A DNA stretch of 64,000 bases from Candidatus Giovannonibacteria bacterium RIFCSPLOWO2_02_FULL_45_28. Lineage in GTDB: Bacteria; Patescibacteriota; Minisyncoccia; UBA11713; 2-01-FULL-45-33. This document shows, in pieces, positions 25,498 to 35,457 of this stretch. The stretch covers positions 656 to 64,655 of the forward strand of contig MFIM01000009.1 of assembly GCA_001780725.1 (NCBI GenBank). The letters are read 5' to 3'. The notes beneath the pieces were generated by a model. The model had not been told where the DNA came from and did no database searches. It saw nothing but the letters and a program-made list of their open reading frames with translations. The position numbers were made by a program, and so were the translations under genes. How positions within the stretch are numbered: the first letter of the stretch is position 1; each line of letters begins with the position of its first letter.

Positions 25498-27081
25498 ATG
25501 AATATTTTTGCGCTTTCAGGGTTGTTGACGGTAATGACTGGTTTGCCCATTGCAGCATTTGTTTATTGGGCTGGCAGCGACAGGGTCTCTGACAGAATTT
25601 GGGCGTTTTTTGTTTTGGCGGTAAGCGGTTTTGGTTTTGCCACTTACAAGATTGCGCTTTTGCAGGATGCAGCGGCGGCGCTTATTTGGTGGCGCATCTC
25701 GATGTTTTTTGTGATTTTGATACCTGTATTTTTTTATCATTACATACAGCATTTTTTAGACGTCAAAAATCGCATAGGTCTGTTTTTTATTTACGCAAGC
25801 GGGTTTTTTTTCTTAATTTTCAACTTCACTGATTATTTCGTGAGAGATATGAAGTTTGTTTTCGGATCGTTTTATTACAATACCAATCCAACGCCTTTGT
25901 ACACGGCTTTTGTGTTGTGGCTTTTGGGTATAGTTTTTTATTCGCATTATCGCTTATGGAAAATTTATGGCCGAAGTTCCGGAGAGAAAAAAAATCAGAT
26001 AGCTTATTTTTTTCTTGCTACCGCTGTTGGCTTCAGTGGAGGCGTTACGAGTTTCCTGCCGATATTCGGCACGAATTTCTACCCGTTTTTGAATCTGACC
26101 GTGCCTTTATACCCGATCATAATGACATATGCCATTTTGCGCCATCATCTTTTCGGAATAAAAGTTTTCGCCACAGGCTTGCTGACAGGCGTTATATTAT
26201 TAGTTTTACTGTTTCAAATATTTTTTTCGCAAACGCTAAGCGAATTTATACTGCGCACGCTTTTCTTTCTGATTATTTTTTGGTTTGGAATTTTGCTCAT
26301 TCGCAGTGTTTTGCTGGAAATCCGCACTAGGGAAGAAATTGAGCGGCTGGCAAAAAATTTGGAAGAGGCTAACGCAGAGCTAAAAAAATTTGATGCCGCC
26401 AAATCGGAATTTATTTCTTTGGCCGGACATCAATTGCGCGCGCCTCTTACTGTAATCAAGGGCTATACGTCAATGCTTCAGGAGGGCTCTTTCGGCGAAT
26501 TGAACAAAAAAGCGGTGGAAGCGTTGAATCGCGTGCTGTTGTCTATAAATAACCTCATTAAATTGGTTTCAGAACTTTTGGACCTTTCCAGAATAGAAGC
26601 CGGACAGCTAAAATATGATTTTAAAAAGATGTTTTTAGATGATGTAATTGATGATGCGATAAAAGAACTTGCGGAAATTTCAAAAGAAAAGCGGATAGAT
26701 GTTCAATTTAAAAACGAAAATAATAAAACCTTCAGCGTGTTCGGTGACCCCGCTAAATTATATGAAGTCGTAATAAATTTGCTGGATAATGCTCTTAAGT
26801 ATTCAAAAATTGGTTCGGTGGTTGTGACCCTGCGGCCGCGATCAAAAAGATTGGCGCTTTCAGTCGCCGATAACGGAATTGGAATTCAAAAAGACGATAT
26901 TTCCAAACTTTTTCAAAAATTCGGCAGAACGGAGATGACCAAAAAAGACCAGCCTGACGGCATGGGTTTGGGGCTTTATTTTGCAAAAAGAATCGTGGAC
27001 GATCACAGCGGCCGCATTTGGGTTGAATCTGAAGGGATTGGCAAAGGCAGTACCTTTTTTGTAGAACTTCCTGTAGCATAG
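25498..27081 (+). CDS. membrane sensor histidine kinase (7 TM N-domain, HisKA, HATPase_c), orphan
   Basis: H-box ISLAGHQLRAPLT, N-box LLDNALKYS, G-boxes DNGIGI and GLGLYFAK. No adjacent response regulator. Confidence 0.8.
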   Translation: MNIFALSGLLTVMTGLPIAAFVYWAGSDRVSDRIWAFFVLAVSGFGFATYKIALLQDAAAALIWWRISMFFVILIPVFFYHYIQHFLDVKNRIGLFFIYASGFFFLIFNFTDYFVRDMKFVFGSFYYNTNPTPLYTAFVLWLLGIVFYSHYRLWKIYGRSSGEKKNQIAYFFLATAVGFSGGVTSFLPIFGTNFYPFLNLTVPLYPIIMTYAILRHHLFGIKVFATGLLTGVILLVLLFQIFFSQTLSEFILRTLFFLIIFWFGILLIRSVLLEIRTREEIERLAKNLEEANAELKKFDAAKSEFISLAGHQLRAPLTVIKGYTSMLQEGSFGELNKKAVEALNRVLLSINNLIKLVSELLDLSRIEAGQLKYDFKKMFLDDVIDDAIKELAEISKEKRIDVQFKNENNKTFSVFGDPAKLYEVVINLLDNALKYSKIGSVVVTLRPRSKRLALSVADNGIGIQKDDISKLFQKFGRTEMTKKDQPDGMGLGLYFAKRIVDDHSGRIWVESEGIGKGSTFFVELPVA

Positions 27082-27085
27082 ATTT

Positions 27086-28492
27086 ATGCGGACTCTTACC
27101 AAAGACACAATAAATAAAATAGGCGAGACCGTCATATTGATGGGCTGGGTTGGCGGAAGGCGCGACCACGGCAAGCTTATTTTCATTGACCTTCGGGACA
27201 GGTGGGGGATGGTGCAGATCGTGTTAAGTCCGAAAAATCAGGAGCTTTTAAAATTGGCAGACAAGTTGCGGTCGGAATGGGTAGTGAAAATAGAGGGCGT
27301 TGTTAAAGAGCGACCGGAGGGGATGAAAAATCCGGAACTTGCCACTGGCAACATTGAAGTTGAAGCAACCGGGCTGGAAATCTTGGCGGAAGCCAAAACG
27401 CCGCCTTTTGATGTTGCAAGCGACGGCCGCGAAATAGGGGAGGATAACCGCCTGAAGTACAGATATTTGGATCTGCGGAGGCCGCGTTTGCTAAAGAATT
27501 TATCAGTGCGCGATAAAATAATTTCTTTTATCCGCGATTATCTGCATAAAAAAGATTTTATAGAGGTGGAAACGCCCATTTTGACTAAATCCACGCCGGA
27601 GGGAGCGCGCGACTATGTTGTGCCTTCTCGGCTCCACGCTGGCAAATTTTATGCTCTTCCCCAAAGCCCGCAGCAATATAAACAGCTTTTAATGGTTGCC
27701 GGGCTTGAGCGCTATTTCCAAATAGCTCGGTGTTTCCGAGACGAGGATACAAGAGGCGATCGCCAGCCGGAGTTCACCCAGCTTGATATTGAGATGAGTT
27801 TCGCTGAAGAAAAGGACATTTTGGATTTGGTGGAAAATTTATTTACGGAATTGGCGCGAACGCTTTTTCCAGAAAAACATATCACCGAAATGCCGTTTCC
27901 ACGTCTGCCGTATAAAGAAGTGATGGAAAAATATGGCACGGACAAGCCGGATTTAAGGAAAAACAAGGAAAACAAGGACGAACTGGCCTTTGCTTTTATT
28001 GTTGATTTCCCGATGTTTGAATGGAAGGAAGAGGAAAAAAGATGGGACGCAGTGCATCATCCTTTTACAAAAATAAGATCTGCCGACTGGCGGACCGAAA
28101 TCAAAAAAGAGAACGCCAAAAACCTTATGGCGCATCAGTACGATTTCGTTTTGAACGGCTATGAGATAGGCGGGGGCTCAATCCGCGAACATAGCCCGGA
28201 AATTTTGGAAAAAGTTTTTGAAATTATTGGAAATAAAAAAGAAGATATCCGGCGGCAATTCGGGCACATTCTGGAGGCGTTTGAATATGGCGTTCCACCG
28301 CACGGAGGCATCGCGCCGGGGATTGACCGGATTTGCATGATTTTGGCAGGGGAGCCGAACATCCGCGAAGTAATCGCTTTTCCCAAAACCGGCGACGGCA
28401 GGGATCTCATGATGGATTCCCCCGCGGAACTCACAAAAGAACAGCTCAAAGAGTTGCACATCAAAGCAGAAAAAGAAAAAAATGTAAATTAA
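27086..28492 (+). CDS. aspS: aspartyl-tRNA synthetase, compact form lacking the GAD insertion
   Basis: Class IIb motifs FRDEDTRGDRQPEFTQLDIEMSF and GGGSIREH; 468 aa. Confidence 0.8.
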   Translation: MRTLTKDTINKIGETVILMGWVGGRRDHGKLIFIDLRDRWGMVQIVLSPKNQELLKLADKLRSEWVVKIEGVVKERPEGMKNPELATGNIEVEATGLEILAEAKTPPFDVASDGREIGEDNRLKYRYLDLRRPRLLKNLSVRDKIISFIRDYLHKKDFIEVETPILTKSTPEGARDYVVPSRLHAGKFYALPQSPQQYKQLLMVAGLERYFQIARCFRDEDTRGDRQPEFTQLDIEMSFAEEKDILDLVENLFTELARTLFPEKHITEMPFPRLPYKEVMEKYGTDKPDLRKNKENKDELAFAFIVDFPMFEWKEEEKRWDAVHHPFTKIRSADWRTEIKKENAKNLMAHQYDFVLNGYEIGGGSIREHSPEILEKVFEIIGNKKEDIRRQFGHILEAFEYGVPPHGGIAPGIDRICMILAGEPNIREVIAFPKTGDGRDLMMDSPAELTKEQLKELHIKAEKEKNVN

Positions 28493-28493
28493 T

Positions 28494-28519
28494 AACCACT
28501 ATGATATATCATAGTGGTT
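28494..28519. terminator. 26-bp perfect palindrome, bidirectional terminator between convergent aspS and tnaA-like genes
   Basis: AACCACTATGATATATCATAGTGGTT followed by TGACACGGCCCATTTTTTTATT. Confidence 0.55.
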
Positions 28520-28566
28520 TGACACGGCCCATTTTTTTATTGCGTTTATTCTATAGCCGTTTTCAC

Positions 28567-29931
28567 TTATGGTGTGGGGGTAAATCTTGAAGAAAAATGG
28601 CGCAACATCGGAGCTTCGTAAGTAAATTTTACTCCGCGGATGCGATTTTTGATTTTAAAAATTTTTTCAAAAATGCTTATTACGTAATCCAAATGTTCTT
28701 GCGAATAAACGCGTCGCGGAACGGCGAGCCGCAGAAGCTCCATCCGCGCTTTTTTATTTTCGTGCGTTTTTTGATCTCGCCCTTCCATCACCGACCCTAT
28801 TTCAACAGAGCGAACTCCTCCCTCAATGTATGCGGCGATTGCCAATGCCTGGCCCGGAAATTTATTCCACGGAATATGCGGCAGTGTTTTACCTGCGTCA
28901 ATGTAAACCGCGTGTCCCCCGACGGGCTTTAAAATCGGTATTCCAATTTTTGATAAATTTTCTCCCAAATATTCAACCTGCGAGATTCTATGCTTCAGGT
29001 AATGTTCATCCGTTCCTTCCCAAAGCCCTTGAGCCAGCGCCTCCATATCGCGCCCAGACATACCGCCGTAATGCAAAAACCCCTCCATCAATATTGCCGA
29101 TGGGGCGAGCGCCGAATAAGTTTCTTTGTTTTTAAGCGCGATGAATCCCCCCATATTTACGATGGCGTCCTTTTTTGCGCTCATTAGAGCGCCGTCCGCA
29201 TAGCTCATCATCTCGCGGACGATTTTTCTGATATTTTGATTTTTGTATTTTTTTTCGCGCGCTTTGATGAAATATGCGTTTTCCGCAAATCTTGCTATGT
29301 CAAAAAAGAGCCCGATTTTATATTTTTTTGCCAAGCGCGAAACGGCTTTGATGTTTTTTATTGATTCCGGCTGCCCGCCCACCGAATTGCAAGTGACCGT
29401 AAGCAAAATATAAGCTACGCGGGATTTATATTTTTTGAGCGTTTTTTCCAGCTTTGCCAAATCAACGTTGCCTTTGAACGGACTGCTGAAATCTGCCCGG
29501 TAAGCTTCGCTCACCGTGCAATCTATCGGCAAGCCGCCGCGATTTTCAATGTGCGCGCGGGTCGTATCAAAATGGGCGTTGCCCGGAACTACCATGCCGT
29601 TTTTTACAAAAACGCTGTTAAAAACCTGTTCCGCGCCTCTGCCTTGGTGTGTCGGGATAATGTAAGGGAAACCTAAAATGCTTTTTACGGCATTTTGCAG
29701 ATTTCTAAAACTTGAAGAGCCGGCGTAGGATTCGTCCCCGCGCATCATTGCCGCCCACTGGTTTTCGGACATCGCTCCGGTGCCGGAATCGGTTAGCAAA
29801 TCAATATATACGTCTTCTGAATTGAGAAAAAATAAATTATAGCCCGCCCGTTTTAATTTTTTGATTCTTTCCGCGCGCGAAACCAGTCCTATTGGCTCTA
29901 CCATTTTTGTTTTATACGGCGGCAGGTTCAT
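28567..29931 (-). CDS. tnaA: tryptophanase/tyrosine phenol-lyase family beta-eliminating lyase
   Basis: SEDVYIDLLTDSGTGAMS..AAMMRGDESYAGS..PTHQGRGAEQ and the PLP site SAKKDAIVNMGG. Confidence 0.8.
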   Translation of the reverse strand: MNLPPYKTKMVEPIGLVSRAERIKKLKRAGYNLFFLNSEDVYIDLLTDSGTGAMSENQWAAMMRGDESYAGSSSFRNLQNAVKSILGFPYIIPTHQGRGAEQVFNSVFVKNGMVVPGNAHFDTTRAHIENRGGLPIDCTVSEAYRADFSSPFKGNVDLAKLEKTLKKYKSRVAYILLTVTCNSVGGQPESIKNIKAVSRLAKKYKIGLFFDIARFAENAYFIKAREKKYKNQNIRKIVREMMSYADGALMSAKKDAIVNMGGFIALKNKETYSALAPSAILMEGFLHYGGMSGRDMEALAQGLWEGTDEHYLKHRISQVEYLGENLSKIGIPILKPVGGHAVYIDAGKTLPHIPWNKFPGQALAIAAYIEGGVRSVEIGSVMEGRDQKTHENKKARMELLRLAVPRRVYSQEHLDYVISIFEKIFKIKNRIRGVKFTYEAPMLRHFSSRFTPTP

Positions 29932-29960
29932 GCGGAGAATTATAACACAAAAATAGCGGC

Positions 29961-30530
29961 TTACGAGCCGCTACTGATTTTCTGTTGCGCTTTAAATTCT
30001 TCAAGCTTTTTTATTTTCAGCTTCAAATACCAATTAAATTCAATGCCGTAGATTTTCGGGATGCGCCCATAAAAACTAATGCCGCTATCTGCGCTTATCA
30101 TTTCGGCGGCGAAACGATCGGCCAGAAATTCATCGCTGCTGTTTGCTAGTTGGTGCCAGATTTCGTGTGCCAGCGCGAACTTCAATTCACTCTCTGTAAA
30201 ATTGTCTATTAGCTTCTTACTTAAATAAATTGATTTATGAAAAGGGAATGTCCATGCTGCAATTTTTTCAATTTTTTCAAAAAAGCTAACCCAAACAACT
30301 ATTGGCCGGATCGTTGCGCACTCTTTTTCGTTATAGCGATGCTTAATTTGAGAACAAATTGAGGCAGTTTCTATTTTGAATTTATTTTCGTAATCCTTTG
30401 TTTGCTGGTAATGAAATGGCAATAGATAAGCGTCCGGCCTCAATCCTAAAATGTAGCTCGCAACATCCGCCGTCAAAATAATATAGACTACCAGTATGCC
30501 CACCAAAAGAACTCTCCAGAAATTTTTCAA
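29961..30530 (-). CDS. membrane-anchored HExxH zinc metallopeptidase-like protein
   Basis: N-terminal TM; ALAHEIWHQL is an HExxH motif. Confidence 0.4.
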   Translation of the reverse strand: MKNFWRVLLVGILVVYIILTADVASYILGLRPDAYLLPFHYQQTKDYENKFKIETASICSQIKHRYNEKECATIRPIVVWVSFFEKIEKIAAWTFPFHKSIYLSKKLIDNFTESELKFALAHEIWHQLANSSDEFLADRFAAEMISADSGISFYGRIPKIYGIEFNWYLKLKIKKLEEFKAQQKISSGS

Positions 30531-30621
30531 ATCAGCCCCCTTATTCTATTTTTAGACTAACATACCGCTTTTTAAAAGTCAAGTTTTTTATCGTGATTCT
30601 TTGTTGTAGAATAACCTAATC

Positions 30622-31332
30622 GTGTATCAAATCACTTTGGAAAAATTTTCGGGGCCGTTGGAGGCGCTCTTAAATTTGGTGGAAGAAGAGAAGCTTTCCA
30701 TAAATGAAATTTCGCTTTCGCGTGTGGCGGAGCAGTACATTGCTTATTTGAAATCTTTAGAAGAGATGCCCAAGGAAGAATTGGCGGCGTTTTTGGTTAT
30801 CGCATCTACTTTGATGCTGATAAAGTCCCGGTCGCTCATACCCGGCATTAAGCTGACGGAAGAAGAAGAACAGGATATTAAAGAATTGGAGCGCCGCCTC
30901 AAAACCTATAAATTTTTTAAAGGGCTCTCTCTGCATCTTAAGGATTTAAACCTGCAACAGAGGCATCTTTTCGGGAGGGAGGCTTACGCCGGAATGTCTG
31001 CAGTATTTTTCCCCCCAGAAAAGCTTACCCCCAAAAAAATAAAAGATATTTTAGATGAAATTTTATTGGCTGTTCCAGTCAAAGAAGCTCTACCCGAAGA
31101 ATCTATGTTAAAGACGGTTTCTTTGGAGGAGAAGATGGCAGAATTAAAAAGGCGGCTGGAAGAATTTATGCAATTTAATTTCGATGAATTCAGGAAACAG
31201 CACAAAGAAAAACTAGAGATTATCATAAGTTTTCTTGCTATGCTGGAGTTAATTAAGCAGGGATTTATGATATTTGAACAAAAGAAATTATTTGGTAGTA
31301 TTGAACTCAAAAAGCATGAACGAGCTTTCTAA
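30622..31332 (+). CDS. scpA: segregation and condensation protein A
   Basis: FSGPLEALLNLVEEEKLSINEISLSRVAEQYIAYL is ScpA N-terminal consensus. Confidence 0.75.
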   Translation: MYQITLEKFSGPLEALLNLVEEEKLSINEISLSRVAEQYIAYLKSLEEMPKEELAAFLVIASTLMLIKSRSLIPGIKLTEEEEQDIKELERRLKTYKFFKGLSLHLKDLNLQQRHLFGREAYAGMSAVFFPPEKLTPKKIKDILDEILLAVPVKEALPEESMLKTVSLEEKMAELKRRLEEFMQFNFDEFRKQHKEKLEIIISFLAMLELIKQGFMIFEQKKLFGSIELKKHERAF

Positions 31333-31870
31333 AAAAATAGAGGCGCTGCTGTTTGTTTCAGGGGATGGGATGATTATTTCCCGGCTTGCTTTCATTTTGA
31401 AAAAGAAAGACGAGGAAATTAAAGAGGGGATCGCGGAATTGGAAAAACACCTTTTGGGGGAGCACTCATTTGAAATCTTGAAAGACCAAGACAAGGTGTC
31501 CTTAGTTACCTCAACCGCCGTTTCAAAACTCGTTGAGGATTTTGCCAAAGAAGAGTTTGCGGGGGAGCTTACCCGCGCGGCCCTAGAAACGCTTACTGTT
31601 GTTTCTTACAGAGGGCCGGTCAAGCGCGCGGAAGTTGATTATATTCGCGGAGTCAATTCGTCTTTTATTATCCGCAATTTACTGATGCGCGGGCTGATTG
31701 AGCGCGTTAGGGATCCGAAAGATTCGCGGGCGTACCTTTACCGGACATCGGCGGATTTTTTGAAATTTTTAGGGCTTGCATCTGTCTCCGATCTGCCGGA
31801 ATACGGTGAATATGCGCAAAAATTAGAAGAATTTATTAAAGAAAGCGGAAAAGAAGAGAAAGAACTCTAA
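31316..31870 (+). CDS. scpB: segregation and condensation protein B
   Basis: IEALLFVSGDG.. and a wHTH. Start taken at the ATG at 31316; the ORF track begins at 31274. Confidence 0.75.
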   Translation: MNELSKKIEALLFVSGDGMIISRLAFILKKKDEEIKEGIAELEKHLLGEHSFEILKDQDKVSLVTSTAVSKLVEDFAKEEFAGELTRAALETLTVVSYRGPVKRAEVDYIRGVNSSFIIRNLLMRGLIERVRDPKDSRAYLYRTSADFLKFLGLASVSDLPEYGEYAQKLEEFIKESGKEEKEL

Positions 31871-32746
31871 ATGCAAAGTTTAAATTTAAAAGCCATCGTT
31901 TTAATTTTAGCGGCGCTTGTAATTGTTTTACTTTTACCGGCGGAGCAGCCAAGCGCGTCAAAAAACGATCCTTCGCAACCATCAAAGCCGCCCTCCCCGC
32001 AAATTGAAGCAAAATCTGCCCTGGCGCAGGATTTTCTGACCGGTGAAATTTTGTTTTCTAAAAATTCTGACGCGATTTTGCCGCTGGCAAGCATTACGAA
32101 AATAATTACCATTCTTGCTGTTTTGGATAAATTAGATTTGGACGAAGAAGTTGAAATCAGCTCAAAAGCAGTTTTGACTACGGAGCCAAGCTCTTTACGG
32201 GTAGGAGAGCATATAAAAGTGCGGGATTTGATAACGATGGCAATAGTTGAATCTTCCAACGACGCAACTTACGCTCTTTTTGAGCGCGCTTATAAGAAAA
32301 GCGGGTTGCCGGATTTTGCCGAAGCATGGTTTTTGGATTTGATGCGCCAAAAAGCGGCGGCGCTCGGCGCCCCAAATACGGTTTTTAATAATTTTATCGG
32401 CCTTGACGTCTCGGAGACGCTGTCCGGAGCTTACGGATCCGCGGCAGATTTACTTAAAATAACGCAAGCATCTCTAGATTCGCCAATCTGGCAGTTCGGA
32501 ACAGTCCGCGAAATAATTTCAAAAGAGAGGATAAGGCACGCGCTCAAGCCGACAAATCAACTGGATTCGGATCTTAACCTTTTGGTTGGCGCAAAAACCG
32601 GCTTTACAGACCTCGCCGGCGGCAACCTTTTGGTAATAGTTGAACATCCCATCGGCAATCCCATAGGAATTGTTGTCTTAGGTTCTTCAGAGAAGGGGAG
32701 ATTTGAAGATGTCAAAAAGATTTTGGAGTGGATTAAAAATCAATAA
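31871..32746 (+). CDS. D-alanyl-D-alanine carboxypeptidase (peptidase S11, PBP5/6-like)
   Basis: Signal/TM; SITK (SxxK), SSND (SxN), KTGFT (KTG). Confidence 0.8.
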   Translation: MQSLNLKAIVLILAALVIVLLLPAEQPSASKNDPSQPSKPPSPQIEAKSALAQDFLTGEILFSKNSDAILPLASITKIITILAVLDKLDLDEEVEISSKAVLTTEPSSLRVGEHIKVRDLITMAIVESSNDATYALFERAYKKSGLPDFAEAWFLDLMRQKAAALGAPNTVFNNFIGLDVSETLSGAYGSAADLLKITQASLDSPIWQFGTVREIISKERIRHALKPTNQLDSDLNLLVGAKTGFTDLAGGNLLVIVEHPIGNPIGIVVLGSSEKGRFEDVKKILEWIKNQ

Positions 32747-32821
32747 GGGAGGAGTTTTTTCATCAACCCCACCCTTTACCCTCCCCCCAACCGGCTGTTT
32801 TTTATTCCGACAAATGTTAAA

Positions 32822-33898
32822 ATGAATCCAATGCAGGATACGATTTTGAATATTTATAAAGTTTTGGGGCTGTGGGGGCTGGCATTTTTTATCGGAGTGG
32901 CGCTTACGCCCATTTTGACGCATTATCTTTATAAATATAAAATGTGGCGCAAGGATGCGCGGACGATGGCGCCCGATGGCAGCTCAACGCCGATTTTTAA
33001 CCAGCTTCACAAAGAGCGCGAAACCAAAGCGCCCCGCATGGGCGGGATTTTAATCTGGGTGACGACTTTGATCGTCGCTTTGATTTTTTGGGCGCTTTCG
33101 CGAATTTTCCCCGATCCGCTTTTTGTGAAGCTCAATTTTTTATCCCGCGGGCAAACATGGGTGCCATTGGGCATTTTATTGGCAGGCGCCGCAGTCGGGC
33201 TTTTAGATGATTTGCTTTTGGTTTTCCAAAATGGAACTTACCGCGGAGGCGGGATGACCTTTACGCGGCGTATTTTATTGGTTACTTTGATCGCCATCGC
33301 CGGAGCTTACTGGTTTTATTTTAAGCTCGGAAAAGATTTTGTTTTTATCCCCAGTTTCGGCGATTTTTATTTAGGCGCGGCTTTTATCCCGTTTTTTGTT
33401 TTAGTAATGTGGGCGGTGTTTAGCGGCGGGGTGATTGACGGCTTGGACGGCCTTGCCGGCGGGGTTTTCGCGTCAATTTTCGGCGCATATGCAGGCATAG
33501 CTTTTTTTCAAAACCAGATTAACCTTGCCGCGTTTTGTTCCGTAATTGTCGGCGCGATTTTAGCTTTTTTATGGTTCAATATCCCGCCGGCGCGATTTTA
33601 TATGTCCGAAACCGGCATTATGGCGCTAACTACCGCTCTTACTGTCGTTGCTTTTTTAACAAATGCGGTTGCGGTTCTGCCGCTCATCGCCTTTCCATTG
33701 GTTTTGGAATCCCTTTCGGTAATTATCCAATTGAGCTCAAAGCGGTTTTTTGGCAAAAAAATATTTTTGGTTGCCCCCTTGCATCATCATTTTGAGGCTT
33801 TAGGCTGGCCGCCGGAAAAAGTAACCATGCGTTTTTGGGTTATATCCGTAGTTTTTGCAGTCATGGGTATGATCGTCCAGCTTACTAGTGTGTTATAA
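32822..33898 (+). CDS. mraY: phospho-N-acetylmuramoyl-pentapeptide transferase
   Basis: DDLLLVF, DGLDGLAGG, PLHHHFEALGW. Confidence 0.9.
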   Translation: MNPMQDTILNIYKVLGLWGLAFFIGVALTPILTHYLYKYKMWRKDARTMAPDGSSTPIFNQLHKERETKAPRMGGILIWVTTLIVALIFWALSRIFPDPLFVKLNFLSRGQTWVPLGILLAGAAVGLLDDLLLVFQNGTYRGGGMTFTRRILLVTLIAIAGAYWFYFKLGKDFVFIPSFGDFYLGAAFIPFFVLVMWAVFSGGVIDGLDGLAGGVFASIFGAYAGIAFFQNQINLAAFCSVIVGAILAFLWFNIPPARFYMSETGIMALTTALTVVAFLTNAVAVLPLIAFPLVLESLSVIIQLSSKRFFGKKIFLVAPLHHHFEALGWPPEKVTMRFWVISVVFAVMGMIVQLTSVL

Positions 33899-35450
33899 TA
33901 AAATTACCGTGGCTTTATCTATTTTAATAAAAAACGGCACAGTTATAGACGGGACCGGCAATGCGCCCAAGAAAACTGATGTGGGGATTTCCGCGAATCG
34001 CATAGACGCGGTCGGTGATTTGGGGAGCGCCGCCGCTGACCAAATTATTGACGCAACAAATCTTTATGTTGCGCCGGGTTTTATTGATTTAACCGCGCAC
34101 TCGGATGTTTACGGAACTCTTTTTTCGGTGCCTTCGCAGGAAAGCTTGTTAAGGCAGGGCGTGACCACGATTCTTGTGGGAAACTGCGGCGAATCTCTTG
34201 CTCCCGTGGTCAAAAAAGAATCATTGATGAATCTTGAACGTTGGACTACTGGATTTTCCGTTCCAATAAACTGGAACTCGGTGTCCGAATATTATAAAAA
34301 TATTGAAAATTTGGGGGTTGGGTTAAATGTAGCTACATTGGTTGGGGAAGAGACTCTGAAAAGAAACGCCGGCAATCTTGAGGAAATGATTTTTTTGCTT
34401 GAAGAAGCCATGAAAGACGGCGCTTGGGGCCTTTCAAGCAATTTTTCATTTGCTGAAACCGACGCCGTTGCCGAACTAACAATACTAAATTTGCTTAAAG
34501 TGGTTAAAAAGCACGACGGACTTTACAAAATTCATCTTCGCGACGAAGGTAAGAGCTTTCTTCCTGCCGTTGCCTCGGCTATCGCTTTGGCAAGGACGAG
34601 CGGCGCGCGGACGGTAATTTCCCATTTTAAAGCAATCGGGCGCGGCGCTTGGGGCGATTTTAACAGAGCCTTACGCATGCTGAAAAAAGCCCAAGAAAGC
34701 GGAGTTGATATAGCTTTTGACTTTTTTCCGTACATGCGCACAGGATCAATGCTGGTTTCGTTGTTGCCTTCTTGGGCACGGTATGGCGACAACGAAACGA
34801 TTTTAAAAAGGCTTTACGATCAAAAAACACATTCCGAAATCATAAACGATCTTAAAGCCGCGACCTTGCACGCAGATAAAATTTTTATAGCATCTGCTTT
34901 CAAAGATAAAACGGTTCTCGGCTTGACTTTGGCGGATCTCGCCGGGCGTGCCGGGCTGGCTCCGGAAGAGCTTATTTTAGAGTTGCTGAAGGTGAATGAT
35001 CTCAATGTTTCTATTTTCGGAAAAACAATACACGGCAAAAATCTTTTGTCGGCTGCGAAAGATCCGTCGTGCGCGGTAGCCAGCGATGGCGCTGGTTATG
35101 ACGCGGCTTTTCAGCGTTTAGGAGATTTGGTCCATCCGCGGTCTTTCGGTGCGTATCCCCGTTTTTTTAATCTAATTGCGCCAAAAGCCGGCATTGATCT
35201 TGGGTGGGCGGTTGCAAAAATGACTTCCCGTCCCGCTGCAATGTTAGGCCTGAAAGACAGGGGAATTTTAAAATCAGGATTCATAGCCGACATCGCAATT
35301 TTTCATCCCGAAGAGTTCAAAGATCAAGCTACTTATAAGAATCCTTATAATTACGCTTCCGGACTTCGTTTTTTAATCATTTCCGGCCGGTACGCAATTG
35401 CCAACGGAATTATGGACAGCAAAAGTTGCGGCGTAGTGCTTAAAAAATAA
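33888..35450 (+). CDS. amidohydrolase-family protein (D-aminoacylase-like)
   Basis: IKNGTVIDGTG and VAPGFIDLTAHSD are metal-dependent amidohydrolase N-terminal signatures. Confidence 0.55.
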   Translation: MCYNKITVALSILIKNGTVIDGTGNAPKKTDVGISANRIDAVGDLGSAAADQIIDATNLYVAPGFIDLTAHSDVYGTLFSVPSQESLLRQGVTTILVGNCGESLAPVVKKESLMNLERWTTGFSVPINWNSVSEYYKNIENLGVGLNVATLVGEETLKRNAGNLEEMIFLLEEAMKDGAWGLSSNFSFAETDAVAELTILNLLKVVKKHDGLYKIHLRDEGKSFLPAVASAIALARTSGARTVISHFKAIGRGAWGDFNRALRMLKKAQESGVDIAFDFFPYMRTGSMLVSLLPSWARYGDNETILKRLYDQKTHSEIINDLKAATLHADKIFIASAFKDKTVLGLTLADLAGRAGLAPEELILELLKVNDLNVSIFGKTIHGKNLLSAAKDPSCAVASDGAGYDAAFQRLGDLVHPRSFGAYPRFFNLIAPKAGIDLGWAVAKMTSRPAAMLGLKDRGILKSGFIADIAIFHPEEFKDQATYKNPYNYASGLRFLIISGRYAIANGIMDSKSCGVVLKK

Positions 35451-35457
35451 ATTTAAT

